A stretch of 64,000 nucleotides of DNA from the NCBI RefSeq assembly GCF_037042905.1, contig NW_026974146.1:620001-684000 (forward strand), read 5' to 3'. The translations under genes were made by a program, and so were the position numbers. The notes below the pieces were generated by a model. That model did no database searches. It had not been told where the DNA came from and worked only from the letters and a program-made list of their open reading frames with translations. This stretch comes from Lytechinus pictus (Eukaryota). Positions 51,169 to 63,450 of this stretch are shown here, piece after piece (position 1 is the stretch's first letter; each line of letters opens with the position of its first letter).

Positions 51169-53344
51169 TGGGGGTCACCCATGTCCATCTACCATCGAAG
51201 TTTGGTTGAATAGTGACTTACAGTTGCGGAATTAGGTGTCATAAGAGTCTTGCATGTAAACTATAACGTTGACCTGAAAATGACCTTTGACCTTACCATG
51301 TGACCTCTGACTGCAGCATAACATGCAGGTTCCTCAAGTCCATCTACCATCCAAGTTTGGTTGAAAAGTGACTTACAGGTGTGGAGTTATGTGTCATTAG
51401 ATTTGTGACGGACGGACGACATTTGGATCCCTAAGTCTCGCCTTCACCTCTGGTGGGCGAGACAAAAAAGGAAAACCATTTTCTTCTAGTTCGTAATCTC
51501 AAATTCCTTGTATCATTTCTAAATACATAGATATAAATAGAGAAATGAGAATGGCAAACTTTCAATTCCCATACATGTAAGGAGAATGCAAGAAATTAAA
51601 AATAAAGAATGCAAGTTTCAAAAGACTTGCACAATCTCTTAAAAGCCATGCTCAAAACAGTTAATCAAAACATTGGCTATTACCAATTTATTGCAAATTT
51701 ATCTACTCTAATCAGGAGAATTCAGTGTAAACTGTCCTTTGATTTCTATTTTGGTTTAATCAGTTTTCAAAAAGACTTATTTGTAGAATTTTTGCATATC
51801 CTGTAGACCTTTTATCCAAAATTACAGAGAAATATTTATTTTTAGTACGCAGTTTCCTACACCTCAGCCAATACAGATAAATGGAAGCTAATCAGTTTCT
51901 GAACATGGAAATCAAGATATTTTGTCTGTAGAAATCAACATGAAAAATATACCATGAGTCACACTGAGTACCAGCTTGCAGAAAAAGAGAAAAATGTTTT
52001 CTCCTATAGTTTGTGAACTCTTGCATTCCTTTTATCATTTTTACATATAGATTCATCATCAATCCATATCACACCATGTTATAGGAAAATAAGAATGGCA
52101 AACACTCAATTTCCCTATTAAAAATAAAGCAATAAAGAGAATGGAAATAAAAATCTCAAATGAGCAATGTAAGTTTCAAATGAATTGCACAACATTGAAA
52201 CAAGCAATGCTCAAAACATTGAATAAGAACACTGAATATTACCAAGTTATTGCGAATTTATCTTCTCTAATCAGAAGAATTCAACATAATATGACCTTTT
52301 ATCTGTCTTTTGATATATTCATGTTTTCTGAAATATTTTTTTAGACTAAAAGCAACATTTTTTTTTTTTTTTTTTTTTTGGGGGGGGGGGAATCTGTGAT
52401 CTAGCTATCAATCCAATAATCTAAAAATAGTGAAAAATTATTTTCTTCACTAAAGGGTTTCTTTTATCGAAGCCAATACAGGTAACTGAAAACTAATCAC
52501 AGTATCTGAACATCAAATTCGGGACACTTCATGACTTAGAGTGTCAAAAGGGGCCTAAGCTCTTCATGACTTGTGTAAAAATTGACTTGCAAATCTATCT
52601 AGAATATCCTTGTATATCTTATAAATATTGATTTATTGTATAGCATAATTTTGTTATATAGCTTTTCTGTTTAAGTGCATGTATTATATCAAACCTCTCA
52701 ATATTGAAAGAATTTTATTTACAGGTAATTTTCAAAATCGATTATCTTGGGTATGTACTGTTGGCATGATATAATATAAACTGCAGTATTCTTGTGGAAA
52801 CGCTGTGGTGTAGGTAGCGGTTCTGACTCTCACGTTTGCCCCCTAGTTTCTTCTTTAAGATATGAATACTCAATTCCAACCATTCTTGCTTTTTTCATAT
52901 ACTTGTATTTGCATAATTTATATATTTTTGGCATACCAATATGTTAGTACAATTATGAATTCATGTAAAAAAAATCAGAACAAAATACGTTAAAGCACAT
53001 GTTAGCATCTCCTCCTCCCCCTTTTCATTACTTTACTATGAATTTCGTTATGAACTGAATTGAATAATCAATGTGCATTATCGCTTGCTTTATGTTTGTT
53101 TATGTACATTTATATTCATTTTATGTTGCCGTGTATACTGTTCGTCTACAACAGATAACCTGGGCTTATTGTAATTGCTTCCATTTTTATCAATAAAAGG
53201 TGATTTATTTTTAAAAAATTGTCATGTTTTTTTTTTTTCCAAACTGGTTGTTTAATCATTAATTTGCCTCACATGTATCTAGGAATGTCACTGTACAAGA
53301 CTGGCATAATAAATCACTATAAATTTATAATATAGGCATTTTAA

Positions 53345-53950
53345 AGGACAAGTCCACCCCAACAAAAACTTGATTTGAATAAAAAGAGAAAAATTCAACA
53401 AGCATAACATTGAAAATTTCATCAAAATCGGATGTAAAATAAGAAAGTTATGGCATTTTAAAGTTTCGCTTCATTTCACAAAACAGTTTTATGCACATCT
53501 CAGTCGGTATGCAAATGAGGAACTGATGACATCACTCACTCACTATTTCTTTTGCATTTAATTATATGAAACATGACGTACCGGTATTTTTATTTTCTCA
53601 TCATTGTCATGAGAAATGAAGTTTCATTCCTCCCTGAACATGTGGAATTTCATTATTTTAATATTTTGTGCTTCAGGCAAGGAGGTCCTTACCGTCAAAT
53701 TCGTAAAAAATGGAAATATTGTATAATTCAAACAATAAAAAAACAAAAGAAATAGTGAGTGACATCATCGACTCTCTCATTTGGATGTAACTGGCTCGTT
53801 CATATAACTATTATGTTAAAAATAAGTGAAACTTTGAAATGTCATAACTTTCTTATTTTACATCCGATTTTGATGAAATTTTCAGCATTGTGTTTGTCTG
53901 ATTTTTCTCTATTGATTCAAATCAACATATTTCTGAGGTAGACTTGACCT
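53345..53950. mobile_element. Kolobok-like MITE (TTAA TSD)
   Basis: TTAA|AGGACAAGTCCACC ... GGTAGACTTGACCT|TTAA. Confidence 0.8.
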
Positions 53951-54141
53951 TTAAATTGCAATCATATAAAGTCATCAGCATTATATCAGGATTACGATTA
54001 CATTGTTACATAAACTAAAATTATAGATAACTATCAGTATTGTTTTTAGTACTGTCATTCTCATTATTACTCATCATCTTCTTCCTCCTTATTATAACAT
54101 CAACATGACCATCTTATTCTTTAAGATGAATTTCTACTTAC

Positions 54142-54309
54142 TCTGGCTGTCCTTCCTCCTCTGGCAAGAGTTTCATAGAAGGTAGGGTGAAAGCTTGCCT
54201 GCAGTTCAACATCCCTTAGTGATGGTGCTGAGCATATCATCACTGCCACCTCTTTTGATATTCCTGGTCCGTAGGAAGGTACATGTAGATGTCCAACATA
54301 CATATAGAT
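54142..54309 (-). CDS. NLR LRR-region exon 1 (IYMYVGHL...ICSAPSLRDVEL...ARGGRTAR, 56 aa)
   Basis: Acceptor ctacttccAG|ATC, donor AGA|GTAAGT, 168 nt, phase 0-0, open. It continues in frame from the NACHT exon and aligns loosely with the downstream cassette exons (CSxPxLxxL/V, FY). Confidence 0.85.
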
Positions 54310-54732
54310 CTGGAAGTAGAGTCATACATTACAATTGCATTAATTTGATTGCATTATTTGATATTTGGATTGCCCCATTGAATAATTTAAAATTTTGTAT
54401 TCTGCAAGAGTATAAATGTAAATAGTATAGTGGTATCTACAACATGTAGTTATAGAAGCCTATTTCAGTGTGTCTAACCTGTATTCACCTCAATTGAAAA
54501 ATTAATTTTAAAGACCTGTACTCAAATATAAACATGATCTGTTATATATGAATGACAAATTAACACATTGTTAGAATCAAGTTGATAGGCCTATTAGAGA
54601 TGGTAAACTCAGCAGACAATGCTCTCATGTCTCTCTCTTGTTTTAATGAATTGATTGTCATTGGTGTCAGAATTATTGTTTTCATTCAAAATGAAAAATT
54701 ATATTTCATTTAAAATATCAATTTTAAGTTTT

Positions 54733-55593
54733 AAACAAGCGTAACGCCTCTGGCAGTCTTGCCTGCATTACGCCATTCGATATAGCAGCAGTGCTGACTT
54801 TGAAAACAGCAAATGAATAATAATTCCCAGAAGAAAACACTAATATGATAAACTATTATGTCCATTGACTCAAAATGACCTTTGACCATGATCATGTGAC
54901 CAAAGACATGTGCAAAACGATCATTTATACTTGATTACCAGATGTTTCACGAGCTAAATCCATAAATTTTTAAAGTTATGATGCCAATTCAACACATAAT
55001 CCAAACACGGCAAGAGGTCATTAACCTTTAAATGACGTTTAATTTTGGCCATGTTCCTGAAATGCCCACAGGGTATTCAGGGATACATTGCTGCTCTTAT
55101 GTCCAAGTTTCATGAACTAGATCCAAAAACCTTAACATTATGATGACAATTCCTAAAAAAAAAAATGGCCAAAGTATGTTGATCCTATGTGACTTTTGAC
55201 CTTAATCATGTGACCTGAAACTCAGACAAGATCTTCAGGTTTTATACTACATGTATTACCCTTATGTCTAAGTTTTATGAACTAGGTCCATATACTTTCA
55301 AAGTTATGACAACATATCAAAAACTTAACCTTGGATAAGATTTTGATGTTGATTCCCTAAATGACCTTTGACCTTGGTCATGTGACCAGAAACTCAGGCA
55401 ATATATTTATAAATACTTGATTACCCTTATGTGGAAGTTTCATGAACTAGGTCCATACACTTTCTAAGTTATGATGATATTTCAAATACTTAACCTTGGT
55501 TAATATTTCAATGTTGATGAAGCCGCCGTCGGAAAAGCGGCGCCTACATGTACTATGGCTATAGTCTCCCTCTGCTATGCAGCGAGACAAAAA
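54733..55593 (-). mobile_element. Older copy of the 30923-32035 Helentron-type repeat element
   Basis: Same termini and diverged tandem units. Confidence 0.72.
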
Positions 55594-57274
55594 TAGGAAA
55601 AATATAACTATACAGCACATCTCCCCAGAAATGTCACTCTGACAAAGGGCTAAAATAATTTTAAAATGTGGTAGTATTCTCCATCAATTGTAGAGGAGTA
55701 GAAAGTTTATTTCATAACCTAACTTCTATGAAAATTTCATTGGTCTCACTTCAGCAGTTTGTTACACACCCTGTAAACAGTGGTGCATTTCACCCATTCC
55801 AAGTTTTCAAGACTGCTGTATTTCTGCATTAGCATGATGACCATCATTTTACCATCAAGGATCTGAGCAGGGATATTTCTGTGATCTATCAGGACTCATT
55901 ATTTAACATGATCATGATCAGAAGGGTATAAAACAACCAAAAATGAAGTTTTTTTCATTTTTGATAGGGGATCAGTGCATCGACTTGATAGAAAATATGA
56001 ATGATGGATACATTTAAGTACAATAAGCTGAACAGTGAAGGGCAAACCACGAGTGTATCATACTTTGCATTACTTGTGGAAATATTCTTCTTTTTTAATT
56101 CACAAAGGTCCGGTGAATTAACTTTAGCTCATTAAGTTAATAAAAAGGAATGACGTCGAGAATGCAATATACATGTAGTTAGAATTGAGCATGAAACAGA
56201 CCTGACTTGTTGTCTCTATCATTGTGCATATCCCCTTATCAAACTTAAAATGAATTGTTACTGTAAAGTACTGTTTTTGCCCTTCCAAACATGCGCGATG
56301 TTACAATTTGATGAGTTGGTTAGATCTTGGAGATTTTCTGGTCAGCTCAGGAAATTCCCTGATCAGAATCTGAATGATCAAAGGGGTTGATATGCTAGGC
56401 AGTGCAGAATATAAAAAGTGGTAGCAGTGCTGCATGAATGCAAACTTGGAATGTGTTGAAAAGGACCACCCTTACACAATAATGTTTACAAACTATCAAT
56501 GCCTAGGTATCCAAAAGCTGCATACGGCCATGCATGAACGCATAATCATGAAATACAGCTGGAAAAAGTATCTTCTCACAAATAATTTGATACCATATTT
56601 ATGTGGTATGTCGTCGCACTTGGATAATTCTTTGCAGTGATGTAAATTTTGATTTGCACCAAAGTAAGGCATGACTGCAATGAATGAATCCAGATTTTTA
56701 TGATGCCATAATTCTACATGAGTTAGTAAAACATATTTGCGAATCCCTTGTCAATAAAACATAACGAAATCCTCCGTTTGAGAACACTATACCCCAGTTT
56801 CCCTCAATCAATTCTCTTCTCCAATTACGACAAACCATAACTGCCCCAAGCAAACAATACAAGTATCAAAACACTGTTTCTTGACCTCGGTCCGAAGATA
56901 ACACAACATCCTGGCATATACAGTCACAGCAGGGGGCCACACACGATGGGATGCATGCGCAGCGCTGAGCACGGTCCCTGCAAAGCATGCCGTCATTTTT
57001 ATTTGCTTACTTTCCTTATTTCGAGGTAGATTTTCTTCGTTCGAAATTGAAAATGGACCAACATTGGATTTCTAAATACAATATGCCTTTGAAAACATGA
57101 TTAAATATCGAATACAATAATTTCATTCCGAAGGTCCTACTACAGGCAGAGAAGTCTTACGTAATAGCACAGCTGTTGTTTTTCATTTCGTTGTTGGCTC
57201 AAAGCTCATAATCTGGCCTGTGGAGGTAAAATTGAGACAGCGGGGATTACCTGGCCAAGCGGGGTCGATCAGGC

Positions 57275-57432
57275 GGGTGTTTCATAAAGCTCTTCGTAAA
57301 TAAAGAACGACTGGTGATCCTGTCTTGCGGCAAATGGTACACACCATTGGCGATGATTTAGCGCGCGAGAAAGGATCACCAGTCATTTTTAAAGTCGCTC
57401 TTAACTTACGAACAGCTTTATGAAACGGCCCC
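57275..57432. mobile_element. Short Harbinger-like MITE
   Basis: GTTTCATAAAGCT / AGCTTTATGAAAC inverted ends resembling the TIR at 6629. Confidence 0.55.
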
Positions 57433-57606
57433 CTAGGCATGGAAATGATTTTGGGATTTACAAACGCAAAATGGGGTATAGAACCGCAGTTTGCAATCTG
57501 AACTGCGGTCTTTCTCCAAACGGGGGTTTGACATAACGAATTAACTTGAAAATGGATACTAACCAGTGTTTGATGTTGTTTGAAGGTTTGCATGGTGGCA
57601 TGTACA

Positions 57607-57974
57607 ATCGCTGAAGTGGTTTACGGTACACCATGTGGAGTGTTATAGAAACAGTGGATAGAAGAAGAGAAGAAATGGATAGGCGAGAAAGTGGAGATTT
57701 GAGAGTAGAGTATTTTTTCTTAAAAGTAGTCCTGAAAAGGACTGTAAACCAGGAAAGATTGATGAGTTGAGAACAGCTTGAGTAGTAGAGCTAATGAGGA
57801 GATGCTGGCTTGAGTCGGCGAGTAGAGATGATGAGTAGTAGAGAGACTCGACGTTTCGGACAGGTTGACCGTCCGTCTTCAGGAGTAAAGACGGACAGTC
57901 AACCTGTCCGAAATGTCGAGTCTCCACTGTTTCTATAACACTCCACATGGTGTACCGTAAACCACTTCAGCGAT
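57607..57974. mobile_element. Penelope-like pseudo-LTR fragment with an inverted partial duplication
   Basis: The outer ~52 bp and inner ~38 bp are inverted copies; carries the hammerhead motif typical of Penelope-like elements. Confidence 0.7.
57846..57886 (-). ncRNA. Minimal type I hammerhead ribozyme
   Basis: The minus strand reads ACTC-CTGAAGA-C-GGACGG-TCAAC-CTGTCC-GAAAC-GTC-GAGT: stem I ACTC/GAGT, core CUGANGA, stem II GGACGG/CUGUCC, GAAA, palindromic minimal stem III (ACGU), cleavage triplet GUC. Confidence 0.75.
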
Positions 57975-58604
57975 CAAACAGTGTTTATTAAACAATTATA
58001 ATGTAAATTATTGAAAAAATGTTTTTAAATTTATTTTAATGCAGCCCTTGTAGGATTATGACATCACTGACATCTGGATTCATTCATTGCAGTAATGCTT
58101 TATTTTGGCGCAAAAAACAAAAATTATATCAGTGCAAAGAATACCTACTGCACTGATCATCCAAGCGTTAACACATACCCCATAGATATTGTATCAAATT
58201 ATTTGGAAGAACATACTCTTTCATGCCATTTTTAATAATTGTGTTCAGGATACATTTTTCCATAAATTGGGGATTTGAGATGTTAAGATTTTTTATTGAA
58301 CTCACCCGGTATAATAATTATCATAATATGCATGCATAAGATGGACAATATTTCAGTCCAATTCAAGATTCCAATATATTCATACATGTATGTACTACTG
58401 ATATTTTACTCAATAAATGAGAAACAAACTGAAAGATGGGTGTTTAAATGGTTACAGGTTTTTTTGTTTTTATGTATAAGTCAATTTCAAGACTAGTAAG
58501 ATCTTTCTGATGACTTTCAGCTACACTCCTGAAGGAGTGCTACTGTATTGAAAAAATAGAAACATGCATGAACTCAGGGAACTTTTCCGTTGTATCCAAC
58601 TTAC

Positions 58605-60352
58605 CGCCTTTGAATATATCCCAATTGATGCATAACCAGCTATAGTGTGTGCGTCTCCAACACGGATGGACAGAGATGATACTGAATTCTGAAGCATGGC
58701 GTTGGTATCTTCATCCTGACTCTCAAAGGTTACGTCAACCAAGAAATTCAGCTTCCTTTGTGCATCATCACCTTCGCTTTGGGTGTACTGTTGGAACAGA
58801 CATTTTGTGATATACTTGGCAATTGTTTGGTTCTGCGACACAGTGAAGTACAGGAGATACCTAAACTCTTCCTTCCTAGGGATCAATACTTCCTCAATCA
58901 GCCTCTTAAATTCAGTGCAATCTGAATCATAGAGAGAAGCAAGATAAACTGCAGCCATGTACTCCTGGAATAGTTTATGAGGAAAGAAGAATGTTGACTG
59001 CAGGTACGGACTGCTCTTATCATGAATGGATGAGAGCTTATTCTCCTGTGACAACACCCCTACATTGCATGCTGTTTTCACAGAGTCTGAGTACTGTTCA
59101 AGATCTTCTTCATTGAAAATAAGGTTGTTCGATTGCAGTCCAGTAAATGCCAATTTGGCAACGGGTTCCATGAGTTTTTCAATTTTAGAGCGATGGTCTT
59201 TAAATGATGGACTCCTTAGATCTTGGATCTCTTTTTGGACATAATGCACGTTTAAGAATTCAAACATCTCATGAAATAATTCAGAGAATGTTCGAATGGT
59301 TTTAAACCATTCTTTCTTATTGTCATCAAGTCCTCTCCACATAAGACAGAGCATAGATATATATATAGGATAGGGTGCCATATACTCTGATATGATATCA
59401 TTCTCTTTGATCATTTGAATAAGCTGATCTGCTGTGACTTTATTGTCTTTAAAGTACTTGTGAATGTAAACCTCCACATTCTTCTTACTAAAGCCTTCCA
59501 CATGAATGAAAGCATACAGTTTCATTAGATTGAGATCCCACTTTATCTCATTGGCCTTCCATGGACGACTGGTCACTATCACTGGGCAATTGCTAAGTTC
59601 ATTTGAACGAAGGATATGTACTAGTGAGATATCATCTTCTTCAGTAGTGCTTTCACTTGCATCTGAGATGCTGTCTCTTGGCATCAATGGGGCAATTGGT
59701 GTACCTGAGGACATATGCCCCGTTAACTTTCGTCGCTTTGATTTTGGGCTTGAATCTGGTTGATCGTTAGACTCTGGCTGAGCACCTTCTAATTCTTGTT
59801 TGGTTTCAGAGTGCTGTACAACCTTGCCACTAAACTCATCTAATCCATCACAGGCAATGAATACCTTTTCTGGATTTGAACGAATGTACTCTGTGATCTG
59901 ACAGGCTGTTGTTGGGTTATCCTTTGAGAGATAAGACTTGACTATCTGACCAATTGTGTATTGCTTGACTTCACGAAGAGGGATTACAAGTACCCATACA
60001 AACTTAGGAACATCAGGACTACCGTTTATCCAGTCCCAGGCAATCTTTGCGCAGAGTGTCGTCTTTCCAGCCCCTGCTTCTCCCTGAATGATGATCCGAT
60101 TTGGAAACTCTCCATTTATTTCAAGTTTGAAGAGGTCCTTATATTTGAGTGATCGCTTCTCATTGCGATAATCTTCTTCTTCCAAAACAAGGTGTGTATA
60201 TATGTCTTTACACGGTGCAAGGGAACGTGGATTCAGACTATCAGCTCTAATCTTACAGAAATATCTTCTGTAATGGGATTGAAGCTCCTTTCTACATCTT
60301 TCAACCAGGTCAGGAGTGAGTGGTTGGGTCTGTGATGCTGGCATTGATGCAC
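58605..60352 (-). CDS. NLR (NACHT-LRR) receptor, NACHT-domain exon (internal exon; phase 1 acceptor, phase 0 donor)
   Basis: ORF 58521..60404 has Walker A GEAGAGKTT, Walker B VFIACDGLDEF, sensor-1 VIVTSRP and winged-helix FPHKLFQEYMAA. The acceptor ttcatAG|GT at 60353/60352 and donor GCG|GTAAGT at 58605/58604 trim the ORF to an exon. Confidence 0.95.
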
Positions 60353-60563
60353 CTATGAATGAATTAAGGAGGGTTATAAGAAGCGTATATTTACATGAAC
60401 ACAATGTCTTTGCTACTGTTGATCATTCCCAATCGATTGCTTTTAAATTTCATTTGTTCTATACCAAAATGACTGAAATTATCAGGAATTTTTCAGTGAG
60501 TACCGGTAGACCATTTCTGCATTTGATATTCTATACATATTACATTCTATACATATTACATGT

Positions 60564-60756
60564 GGGCAATTCCATAAAATATGTACGTCCACCCCCTTTA
60601 ACCTTCATGAAATTTTCTGTCTCTGATTTCTTGTTCTTTTGACAGTCTGTAATGTTCTCAAATAACCATGACTTGGTCAGTCTCTGAAGTGAAGTAAAAC
60701 TTTAGAAAAATGTGGGTCGGATGTACAATAAGGTTTATTATTTTATGGAATTGCCC
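60564..60756. mobile_element. Short MITE with GGGCAATTCCATAAAAT TIR (Sola2-like termini)
   Basis: 17-bp perfect inverted ends; related termini at ~62291 and ~13722; no clean TSD. Confidence 0.55.
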
Positions 60757-62495
60757 CATATATGTTACCAGGCATGACAAAACCTACCCATATACATGTA
60801 TATTGCCAGAAATTAATTGTTATTATGCTCCTGGCAAATCTTTGAAATGTGTCGGTTACTCACGTTACATGATTTGGACATTCATAAAATGAAAAATCGA
60901 CATAAGTGAAAAGTGTCCTCATACAAGGCTTTTATGAAAGTTGATTATATCCATTTCAAAGAAGTATATTAGAGAGACAAACTTTGTATATAATAAAAAA
61001 ATAAAAAGAACACATGTATGGTTTTTACTAGGGGTGCAGATAAAGTGGTTACTCACGTTACAGTTACTTATGTTACATTTTGTCCATGTATGGTTAACAA
61101 AAATGTCACTAAAAATTCAATAATGTGTGTAAAATTCATTGCTAGGAACACCAAAAAGAGTTTTTATACCAAAAATTGGAACAATTGGAGCTTTATTTAG
61201 GGAGTAAGAGGGAAAAGTATGATTTCGCTTACTAATTTTGCATAAATTAGCATAATCGCTTAATACCAATTTGCATGAAATAAATTACTGTACAGTTTTG
61301 TAGATTATGTCGAAGACAACCTGTGTGCAAATTTTTGGTGCGATCGCGCGACCAATGGCCGAGATCTCAAGGGGGGCCTGGGAGGCCACCCCCCCCCGGC
61401 CATATCAACTCCCAAAATACCCCGGCCTAGATAGGGTTACAGGTAAGGGCATTCAATGTATTGTTCGAACACTATGTAAAGTTTGGCTAATCGAAACTTT
61501 AAGTCTAACTATTGCACTCTCGCATTGTGAATACTTCTACTAGTATTCAATTTTTTGTGTGATTGTACATGTATGACCACTGATATTTTGATGAATATCA
61601 AAGAGGTGTACCCTCTGTTTGCTTTTAATTAATCAAAAATAACTTCACAACTCACCATGAGACTTCAAACTTGATATCCCACAAAAAATGTTACCTAACT
61701 GCATAATTTTCACTAGTTACTCACATTACATGATGATTACTCATGTTACACAGTTACTCACGTTACAGTTTTTCTTCATCATTTTTATAAAAAATTGTAT
61801 TTTTTAATGATTTTGATAGTCATCACCATGTTAAAGATTGTTTGAAGAGAATTTGAAATCCCACCAATTAACTGCGAAGAATTTTTCGCTCAGAAAACAA
61901 AGTCAGTTTTTTGGGTTACTCACGTTACATCACCTTAGCAGGTTGCAATATTTATTTTTGAATGAGTACTACAAATTTACTTGAAAAGCTGTTGTGTATA
62001 TTAAGTAATTTGACTCTTCTAAACTTCAGAAATGTATAAAGTGGTATGATGTTGCAATAACAAAATGGTAATAAGGCATATTTCAATTTTCACTATTTAT
62101 CTTGTATTTTGGTACAGAATGGAAGACACAACTTTTGAACATTTTTTTTTCCAAAGTATACATATGAAAATAAACTTTTTATTTTTTGTTCCTGAAACTA
62201 TCATGTATGAAGGACTTAATTTATTTAAAAAATCAAGAAAATAATGAATTTGAATTTTTGAGCTCATGTCCACCAACCTATGGAATTGCCCTCAGGTACT
62301 TATCCCTACTGAGAGAGGAGATACGAGTTCAGCTTTATTTGGATGAACCATCTCACGTCCCTGGGTGAACCTAACCCTCATTACAAAGTGAAGAACATTC
62401 ACTATCATAAAATATTACTTTAGAGAAAACAAGGATTAAAGTTGACAATTGTATTGAAACATACTTCCTCTCACACAATTGTGAAAGGTGACAAG

Positions 62496-62975
62496 AAGTG
62501 GTTTCAAACCGCCTCGATCACAAGAATCCCCGTTAAATTACGAGAACATTTTTAGGCTAAAAAATACCCATTAATTATTCCTGCATTCAGACCGCCCCGA
62601 AACATACACTTCGGGATAAATTCCTGAAGTTAGGAGCATGCGCAGTATGGTCTAATAAGCAGGCAAGGTGCGAGATTCAAAACCACTAGCCCAGCAGCCA
62701 CCCACGCCGCCGCACCCAACGACACGCTGGGCTAAAAGTTCCCGTAATTTGCTTTCACATCGCCAAAATACCTGCGACCTTGGAAAAATCCCCGTGAAAG
62801 TTCTCGTAATTAGTACCTAAAAAGTACCTACTATTTAGCGGGTATTTTCTTTCGGGGAAATTACGCGTAGTTTGCTTTCACATTACCCAAATACCTGGTA
62901 TTTTCTGATCGGGGTAAATTTCCCGATCAGAGAATAGCTGGAACTGACGAACTTCGAGACGGTCTGAAACCACCT
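62496..62975. mobile_element. Harbinger-like MITE, copy 2
   Basis: Homologous to 45733-46219. Confidence 0.8.
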
Positions 62976-63269
62976 AAAAAGCGGATAAAAACTCAAATTA
63001 AATCATTCTACAAGGGGTCATCAAATATAGATCCAAATTAGTGACACTAATTAGGTACATCCTGTTTATTAAAGAAACATTTCTTCTAGTGTTTAATGTA
63101 TTGGAGTTCAAATAAGGGGAATACTTTGGTTTCCGGATAGAACAAATTGCAAAAATAATCAAGCATACAAAATATTAGTCTGAAATATTAGTTCAATTTG
63201 ACTCACATTGCCCTTCGGCGAGATATATATTGTTGCTCTTCCATACATAAATTGAACAAGGGGGTCACA

Positions 63270-63450
63270 GGATATAAAACTAACCACAATGATGGCTGTT
63301 GTCTATTGCTACCCTATTCCTAGCTGGGAGAGAGTGGCAAAGTATGGATTGAGGCCTTGACAAAGGATGCTAGGCCATGTTGGAATTTGAACAAAGGACC
63401 CTCTGATTACAAGGCGAGTGTCAGAACCTCTGCACCATGACAATTCCACA
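63270..63450 (-). mobile_element. Degenerate tRNA-derived SINE
   Basis: The minus strand has A-box-like TGGTGCAGAGG, B-box-like GTTCAAATTCC and a SINE-body-like 'cctttgtcaaggc' segment; a similar 5' fragment lies at ~52800. Confidence 0.45.

Larger units (their letters stand above)
28148..51467 (-). mobile_element. Helentron-type element with a ~157-bp internal satellite, split by a ~21.8-kb nested insertion (arms 28148-29354 and 51166-51467)
   Basis: subTIRs GTCTCGCCCAC (~28169) / GTGGGCGAGAC (~51453), CTTGTT terminus on the minus strand. The satellite unit breaks at 'ccgactgctgcata' (29354) and resumes at 'acatggggg' (51166). Confidence 0.75.

Noticed and set aside
55750-55823. Possible extra LRR-like exon (KYSSLENLEW...) with AG/GT borders on the minus strand
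   Set aside because: It is 74 nt and would break the frame, and the NACHT exon already joins 54309 in frame.
56560-58225. Diverged ~160-bp inverted repeat pair
   Set aside because: Probably an old TIR element; no termini or TSD could be resolved.
60353-60404. ORF-track start and C-terminal tail (58521-58604) of the 627-aa NACHT ORF
   Set aside because: Both lie outside canonical splice sites and are intronic read-through. No DEATH/CARD exon could be identified in 60353-64000.
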